Positions 53,628 to 64,000 of a stretch of DNA of 64,000 nt are shown one piece after another. How positions within the stretch are numbered: position 1 is the first letter of the stretch; every line of letters begins with the position of its first letter. Position numbers and translations under genes: made by a program. The notes under the pieces were generated by a model. It ran no database searches, was not told the origin of the DNA, and worked only from the letters and a program-made list of their open reading frames with translations. Source of the DNA: Eledone cirrhosa (Eukaryota); NCBI GenBank assembly GCA_964016885.1, contig OZ024743.1, positions 245,520,001 to 245,584,000 of the forward strand, in the 5' to 3' direction.

Positions 53628-54211
53628 GTATATATGTATATATATATATGTATGTATGTATGTGTATATGGATGTGTATGTATGTGTATGTGTGTACACA
53701 TGGACTAGAGTATGTATATATATATGTGTGTGTCTATACGTGTGTATATATAAAGATAAGTTGAGTATGAAAATGTATACACATGAGCGCGTATGTATGT
53801 ACATGAATACATGTGTGTATATATATGTGTATGCATGTGTATATATATGTAAGTATGAATATGTGAATTGTGAGTATATGTATTTTGTAGAGGTGTGCAA
53901 ATATATTTGTGTGTGAATGCGTGGGTGAAAGAATACGTACACTTGAAAGAAAAATTTAAGTCTGAATGTTAAGTGCAAACACAAAACCAACCACGCATAT
54001 CTTTACTATCTCTAATCCTTCTATAGATTTAGAAAAATAACCAATAATATATTCTATAAAAAATGTCAAAACAACAGATGGGAATCTAATTACTCACTGC
54101 CACCAAGAATTCTCACTGCTATCGAAAAACCACTCCTTCAACTATTCTTCTAACAACTTCACCCCTTCCTCCTAATATTCTCTATAAAAACTAAATAGGT
54201 CCTCAGTAATA

Positions 54212-54328
54212 TTATTCTGATGAAATGACAGTAAATAATAACATTGAAATATTGAATGTCTGCATAACTAAAAGTTTGTAGATAGCTGTTTTAGGTTATG
54301 TAACTGTTATAGAAACACGTGTCAATAA
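54212..54328 (+). ncRNA. Type I hammerhead with long stem II insertion
   Basis: ttatt-CTGATGA-aatgacagt...actgttata-GAAAC-acgt-GTC-aataa. Confidence 0.78.
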
Positions 54329-54475
54329 ATTCCTTTCAACTAAACTGTATCCATTCAAATCTTTCTATTTTTCTCCGGATTACTTTTGGAACTACAACTG
54401 GAACCGTCGAGCAAACTCTACGTGAGCTGATAATCTACTGTGTGTAATATTTATATTACAACACAACGGAAAATA

Positions 54476-54543
<68 letters not shown>

Positions 54544-54620
54544 GTGTATATATACACACAGGTATCCACTGTATATATATGTGTATATATATATATATAT
54601 ATATGATATATATATATATA

Positions 54621-54810
54621 TAGGAACCAGTAAGACCCCGACGGCTGAGCTCAAGCCGTTTCGACGGCTAATTCAGAGAATTAGCCGTCGAAACGGATTG
54701 AGCTCAGCCGTCGGGGTCTTACTGGTTCCTATTACCCACTCTACTACCCCAAGTATTGAGTACTTTGGTGCGTTATGGTCCACCTGGTTCCTTACCACAT
54801 TTCCTTCGTT
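54621..54810 (+). mobile_element. ~190-bp fold-back element with hammerhead 3' half (copy at 57277-57465)
   Basis: Near-perfect palindrome 54621-54731 centred at ~54676, containing GAAAC gg.t..agcc GTC ggggtc. Confidence 0.78.
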
Positions 54811-54925
54811 ATATATATATATATATATATGATATATATATATATATATATATATGATATATATATATATATATATATATGATATATATATATATATATA
54901 TATATGATATATATATATATATATA

Positions 54926-55801
<876 letters not shown>

Positions 55802-55818
55802 ATATGATATATATATAT

Positions 55819-55868
<50 letters not shown>

Positions 55869-56542
55869 AAGTTATATTTAAAATTGTTGGGTTACAACTA
55901 GTAAATATTTATAACTGATATAAAAGCACTCGACAAATACTTGGAGTATATTTACAATATTAAATAATATTTACAATATTAAATATACGTAATATTTTTA
56001 ATACGTAGTATTTTTAATATGCAATATTTTTATTATGTAATATTCTTTCGTAATATTCTTTTTTAGTTTTCTATTCTATATTTTTATATTTTTATATATT
56101 TTTACTTATTATCATTATTATTGTTATCTCTGCTTATAATATAATATATATTTTCGATTAGTATATTGAAATCTGCTCTCTATTTCTGCTTGATAGATAA
56201 TCTTGTAGAGTAATCGCAAGAATAATAATACGCTCAAATTTTTATACCACATTGAGAATGTTTTCCGGTAACTTTGAATTTGCGGAGTGAATCAGTTGGA
56301 TTCACATAGACATATGAATTTTTTAAAAAACTAAACATAAGATAATGAATTTTCACGCATTGTGAATACTTGTTTCATTCAGGAATACTGATATTTACAA
56401 TATAGTGTAAGTTTTATAAATACTAATACATTAAAACATAGGGTTTTCTACGCCTCGAATATGTCTGGCTATTTTTAAATTTTTTCTCTCTCTATATCTC
56501 TCTATATCTCTCTATATATCTCCCTTACATTAATACTTGAGC

Positions 56543-56577
<35 letters not shown>

Positions 56578-56946
56578 ATGCATCATTGATACACTTACTC
56601 AAAATGACCTCCCACTACCTAATTTTTCTATATCTATATTTATATATGTATCTATCTCTACTTCCTCTCTCTCTCTATATATATATATATCTCTTTCTGT
56701 CTCTTTACATGATGCTCTTCGCTTTATCTATTTTTCCATCTCTCTATTTTGTCCCATGCATTTCTTCTTTTTCTTTTTCTTCTTTTTCTTCCTTTTCTTC
56801 GTTTTGTCTTTCTTTCCTATTTCCCTCTTTTTTCTCTCTCTCTTTCTTTCTCTCTGTATTTTCACTGCTAGAGTGAACCTCTTCAAATGAAGTTGATGTT
56901 TATTACGGTATGTCGAATATATTTATCTATAAAACTGTTTATATTG

Positions 56947-57012
56947 TATTTTGTCTGATGAAGGCATAGCATATTGTTAATATGATATCCCCGAAATATA
57001 TATAATGAAATA
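56947..57012 (+). ncRNA. Minimal hammerhead (AT-rich PLE 3'-end family)
   Basis: tattttgt-CTGATGA...GAAA-tatata-TA-atgaaata. Confidence 0.72.
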
Positions 57013-57075
57013 AATATGGTTTTATAAATATAGTTTTCCATTTATTTAATATTGTATATATATATATATATATAT

Positions 57076-57196
<121 letters not shown>

Positions 57197-57556
57197 GTGT
57201 ATATATACACACAGGTATCCACTGTATATATATGTGTATATATATATATATATATATGATATATATATATATATATAGCAACCAGTAAGACCCCGACGGC
57301 TGAGCTCAAGCCGTTTCGACGGCTAATTCAGAGAATTAGCCGTCGAAACGGATTGAGCTCAGCCGTCGGGGTCTTACTGGTTCCTATTACCCACTCTACT
57401 ACCCCAAGTATTGAGTACTTTGGTGCGTTATGGTCCACCTGGTTCCTTACCACATTTCCTTCGTTATATATATATATATATGATATATATATATATATAT
57501 ATATATGATATATATATATATATATATATGATGATATATATATATATATATATATA

Positions 57557-57674
<118 letters not shown>

Positions 57675-58202
57675 TAGATAATTTAATATATCTACTAACA
57701 TAGATAATTTAATATATCTACTAAATTAAGTAAGTAAGTTCATTTAAAAAAAAAAAATTTTTTTAAAGAAATTTTCTTATTTTACGTCTTATATATTATT
57801 GTTCTGCATTCTCCTGCATTGAACCACCTAGGTACTATGACATAACCTGTGTATTTGCTGGCATTAGCGTACATCTGTGCGCTTATGTTAGTAGATATAT
57901 TAAATTATCTATATTTATCTCCAAATCACTGATTTGTCGAGCAAACCTGCCAAAACCACTTCTAAAAATTTTTTTTTTTGGGGGGTGTTAGTAGGCGTCT
58001 GTCATCTTACCATCCCATTCCTACTAACTAGCCTCTGTGTCACGTGATTGATTCTTTAGAATCGGCCATATGATCAGTGGCAGTGAGAATTTTCAGTGGC
58101 TGGAATCCAGTCCTCGATAGCTGTTCCAGTTGCCGAATTATTATTATTTTTATATGAGTTCCCAGTGTCCGCGCATCGCCTGGAGACTCGGCTGAGAATG
58201 AC

Positions 58203-58282
58203 CTCCCTGATGACGCAATGAAATTCTCAACAGTTCATTACGTAACTGTCTTTATCCCATTGCAGAAACTAATTAGTTGGAG
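58203..58282 (+). ncRNA. Hammerhead, duplicate of 55536-55615
   Basis: Identical sequence. Confidence 0.8.
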
Positions 58283-58346
58283 TGAAAATTTAAGTAAGTT
58301 AATTTTAAAAAAAAAATTTTTTTAAAGAAATTTTCTTATTTTACGT

Positions 58347-58535
<189 letters not shown>

Positions 58536-58551
58536 ATATATATATATATAT

Positions 58552-58704
<153 letters not shown>

Positions 58705-58752
58705 AATTGGGAGATATTCACACAACATCAGAGGACGAGCTTACATATTGAG

Positions 58753-58844
58753 ACATATCTGAGGATCTTTCGATTCCAGAGTCAGGTTCTATCAATAATA
58801 GATCGTTCCTCGAGCTGATCGACAGTGAAACATATGTAATATGT
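58753..58844 (+). ncRNA. Type I hammerhead in a ~260-bp insert following (TA)n
   Basis: acatat-CTGAGGA-tct.tcgat...atcga.agt-GAAAC-atat-GTA-atatgt. Confidence 0.75.
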
Positions 58845-59169
58845 TATTAAATATGACTCTTTGTTCCTTTATTCTTATACTATTATACTCTGCTCTGGCA
58901 GAGCGTCAAGTGCTTACCCGGGTACCGCCTACGGACGCAATTATATTGCACCTTTACAACCTATATATATGTGTGTGTAGTAGTAGTAGTAGTAATAGTA
59001 GTAGTAGTAGTAGTAGTAGTAGCAGCAGCAGCAGCTGCAGTATTTTGAAGAAGTATTATATGACAAAAGGAGCTCTCATTATGTTGATAATAAAGATATT
59101 TTGTATTTACTTAGACTTTTATTTTAAAAAACGTTTCTCAAATTTCATATAAACCCGAGCTAAAATAAC

Positions 59170-59535
59170 AATAGCAATGGACCTCCGGCTGTTTCGATGA
59201 TGAGTATTCCAGTTGTTCGATCAACGGAATAAGCTGCTCATAAAATTAACATGTAAGTGCTGAGCAATCCACAGACATGTCTATCCTTGACGTAATTTTC
59301 AGGGAGGTTCATGTGACACAGTCTGTGACAGGGAGGTTCAACGTGACACAATACTGTGACCTTTGAGTTACAGATACAGTCCATCTGACGAGCTGCCAAA
59401 CAATTTCCGTCTACACAATTTCACTCACAAACAATTTCACTCACAAGGCATGGATCGACCCGAGGCTATGGCAAATGACATTTGCCAAAAGATTTCACGC
59501 TGTTGGAACCTGGACCTAATGATTGCTTAGTGAAA
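59170..59535 (-). mobile_element. Degenerate cephalopod-type SINE sequence(s)
   Basis: gatcaacggaa..gctgctc.t.aaattaac.tg.aagtg.ctgagca.tccacagaca and cactcacaaggc..cccgaggctat, recognised from memory of Octopus repeats. Confidence 0.55.
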
Positions 59536-59591
59536 CTCTCAACCATTCAGTTATGCTGTGTGCACTTAAAATACTAACATTTAAATAGAAA

Positions 59592-61200
<1,609 letters not shown>

Positions 61201-61447
61201 AAGAAAATATCAAATCATTTTTCACTAATAGCTATCCAATCACTCCACTTCAAAATTCTTTTTTCTATATCTCTATGGATGCTTGACTGTTTGTTCTGAA
61301 AGATTTTTCTGCTTAAAAAGTTGCAATGTTAATGAAAAGCTGGTTTTATTTAAAAAAATTTGAAAGAAATTATTCTTACTTGTCTTAGCTTTTCCTTTTC
61401 CTTTCATTTTCTGACGTCGGAATCAACATTTTCTCATATTTACGCTG

Positions 61448-64000
61448 TTACAGTTTGTCCAAAAGAATGCTTTTGATGACAACATTCTTAGTTGGCTGGG
61501 TATCCTTCAGAAACACTCTGACATTTTCTTTTCGTTTTCCGCGGCTCAGGGCTACATACAGTTGACCGTGTTGGAATACAGGTCGTTCCAGATAAACCAA
61601 GACGTTTTCCTTAGTTTGTCCTTGTGCTTTATGAATAGTCATAGCGAAGCACGATTGAACTGGGAATTGGCTTCGCTGCAAAGGGATATCCTCACCTTCG
61701 GATAGATTAATTCTTATTCTAGGTATCATAACGATCTCATTTCTGAAAGCAGCAGTGTTGATTCTCGCTACTATGAGATTGTCATGCAGTTCTTCCACGA
61801 TCATGCGCGTTCCATTACAAAGACTTGGAGGATTCAAGTTTCTCATCAGAATTATTGGCGATCCTTTGTTCAAATCCAGGTTATGTGGTGGCAGTCCTGA
61901 TAGTTCAACCGAATCAAGGGATTCAGTCGGGAAATGAGTGGTATTGGCACCATCACTCACGTAATTATAGGATGGGTACTCTTTTATGGTTCCAGAGAAG
62001 CATCTGATACAGGTGGAATTGATGCTTCTCATCATTTCATTGAGAGGTACTAAGATGCAATTGTTCGAAAACACTTCAGCTGGATTGTCGAATGAGGGGT
62101 AGATGAAATCAATACATTCTTCCATAGTTGTTGCTTCGAGAACCATTTCTTTTGGCAAAATAATTTCCTCATTTTCAGTTTTTTTTATCTTATCTTTTCC
62201 AATATCCAATAGGAACTGTGAATAGTCTCCTGCTCCCCCACCCAATCGCATGTTTGTCTTCAACTGAAATCTTTTGAAGTTTCGCCATAAGTAGGATTTT
62301 TTAATGCAGGCGTTTTCCACGTCCGCTTCATTTCCCCTTTTCACTAATCGAAGAAGCTGACGGAAATCGCCACAGCAAATTGTCAAAATTCCACCGAATG
62401 CCTCATTGTTGTCGCATATGTCACGCAGAGTGAAGTCAACAGCTTCGAGGCTTTCCTCCGAATCATAGGACACTCATCCCAAACAATCAGCCTTGTATGC
62501 TGGAAGAGGTTTGCCGTCTTTGAGTTTTGATCAATGTTGCACAGACCATTTTCTTTCACTACTATCGGTATTTTGAACCTAGAATGCACTGTTCTTCCAC
62601 CAGGCATCAGTGTTGCGGCAATGCCAGATGACGCAACAGCAATAGCCACGTCGCCGTTTCCCCTGACTTTTGAAAGAATTAAGTTAATCAGGAATGTCTT
62701 TCCTGTTCCACCTGGAGCGTCAATGAAAATCAATGCAGATGTGTCCGTCCCTAAACTGTTACAAACCAAGTCTTACACGTGTTTTTGTTCACTATTCAAT
62801 AGAGACTCCGTCTCTTCTACAAATCGTCGCTGCTCTTCTCTGATGTATTGCAATTCATACAATAACTCCAAATTGCCAATATCCTAATTAGCAACAATAT
62901 TATTTGGCCTTAGCAAGTTAAAGTCACTAAGACTTTTGCCCAGGTCGTTAAGTTTGTCTTCAAAATACAGAAGACATTGATCATAATGTCTCTCGCTAAT
63001 CAAAAGGTTAGAGTTTCTGGTAGCCCTTTTTTCTATTTGAAGGTAATCCTCAAACAGCGAATCGAGCTTAAATCGAGCCCATAAAGCACTGGAATTGTCA
63101 ATTTCCGTATTTGTGAGGAGCACGATGAATAGATCTCTCATGCCTTTGGGAAGCCTTGTTGGCTCAGCATCTTCCAGAGTCTGCTGCCAATGATCATCCG
63201 ATTGAAGCAAACCTTTCTCTCTGCAGACGTCTTTGAATAATGGCAGGAGTTCTCCATCACACATTTTCAAAGAGTTGAAGGATACTGGCCCTTTGACGTG
63301 ATGCAGAAGGAGTCTTAAATAATACAGGTCACCACTTCGTGGAGAAACAGTGTATACTCGTCCCAAAACGTTCGTCTAAAAAATCCCTGGACACTGCTCA
63401 ACTGTTTTCCCCACCTTTCTCCATTCCCATCTCTTATTACTCCAAGTGTTACTTTGGCACATCTGCATAATACAATGTTTTGCAAACGGATCGCGATCGC
63501 AAAGATCCATGAACTCAGTCAGAGTCGTCTTAACCATGTTATTGTTTACTTTAACAGCAGCATTGACCCGAAAGAAGATTTGATTTTCCTGAGGTAGATG
63601 AACTTGAAGGCGAACTACGACCGGTTCTCTCTCATGAATTGGAAATCCAAGTACCAAGGCAACAGCTTCTGAAGGACCGATATATCTTCCTGTTAAATAC
63701 TGTATTATCTCATCTGCTCTGTTCACTCCAAACATTGTTTGATCACTGCCCTTCATGGTATATTTGATAACGTATTTGATCGATTTCACGGAAGAGCACA
63801 TCTCTACGTTTAGGTGGCAGTTGAACAGTTTTAATAGTTTCATATTGTAGGGAACCACCCATTCCGAAGTTATATTTCGGCTTCCCCTTCCTTCTTGGTG
63901 CCCCTCAAATCCTCCCATTCCTGGAGACCGTCTTCTGTACACAGGATAAGAGTCCTCTCCACACAATGTATATTCATTGAAAGGTTTAGGGTACCGCTTA
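61448..64000 (-). mobile_element. Helitron Rep/Helicase pseudogene (continues beyond the window)
   Basis: YPVYRRR, WVVPYN..L...FNCHLNVE.C.S..SIKY..KY..KG.D, GRVYTVSP...YYLRLLL, DAPGGTGKT, WDE, GDFRQ, FAMTIHKAQGQT and HGQLYVALSR, with several frameshifts and stops. Confidence 0.95.

Larger units (their letters stand above)
51651..54420 (+). mobile_element. Naiad-type PLE 3' fragment (52603-53269) preceded by a ~950-bp inverted copy of its 3' region
   Basis: CNCTYPDNCPLGNNCL, YVGSTA..FKSR, CKLC.LE and CRHR. 51651-52602 is the reverse complement of 53419-54368. Confidence 0.9.

Noticed and set aside
51651-54368. Long inverted repeats as DNA-transposon TIRs
   Set aside because: They enclose a PLE fragment rather than a transposase, and match the known PLE 5'-inversion pattern.
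59384-59410. CTGACGA core
   Set aside because: No downstream GAAA or stems. It is a chance match, as is 40690 ctgatgaaac.

Overview
This is very AT-rich, microsatellite-laden eukaryotic DNA. The SINE sequences resemble those I associate with Octopus/cephalopod genomes, which is an inference. No host protein-coding gene can be supported, and most ORF-track entries are (TA)n/(CA)n/(TC)n translation artefacts. The window is nested transposable elements: at least 6 Penelope-like element (PLE) loci with GIY-YIG endonuclease (4 Naiad-type), a CsRn1-clade Gypsy LTR retrotransposon, a CR1-group LINE, RTE LINE remnants, two Helitron coding remnants, several non-autonomous Helitrons and tRNA-derived SINEs. 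The main unannotated signal is about 30 type I hammerhead ribozyme (HHR) motifs read by eye, roughly one per 2 kb, in more than 12 unrelated sequence families. Most lie in 320-590 bp non-coding retrozyme-like units that are terminally redundant, tandem, circularly permuted or folded back, and embedded in (TA)n. Two families carry a compensated U3-A8 core variant. Several element junctions map to HHR stem II or to predicted cleavage sites. One unit with the same architecture carries a tRNA-like module instead of an HHR. All folds were read by eye and need computational and biochemical confirmation.
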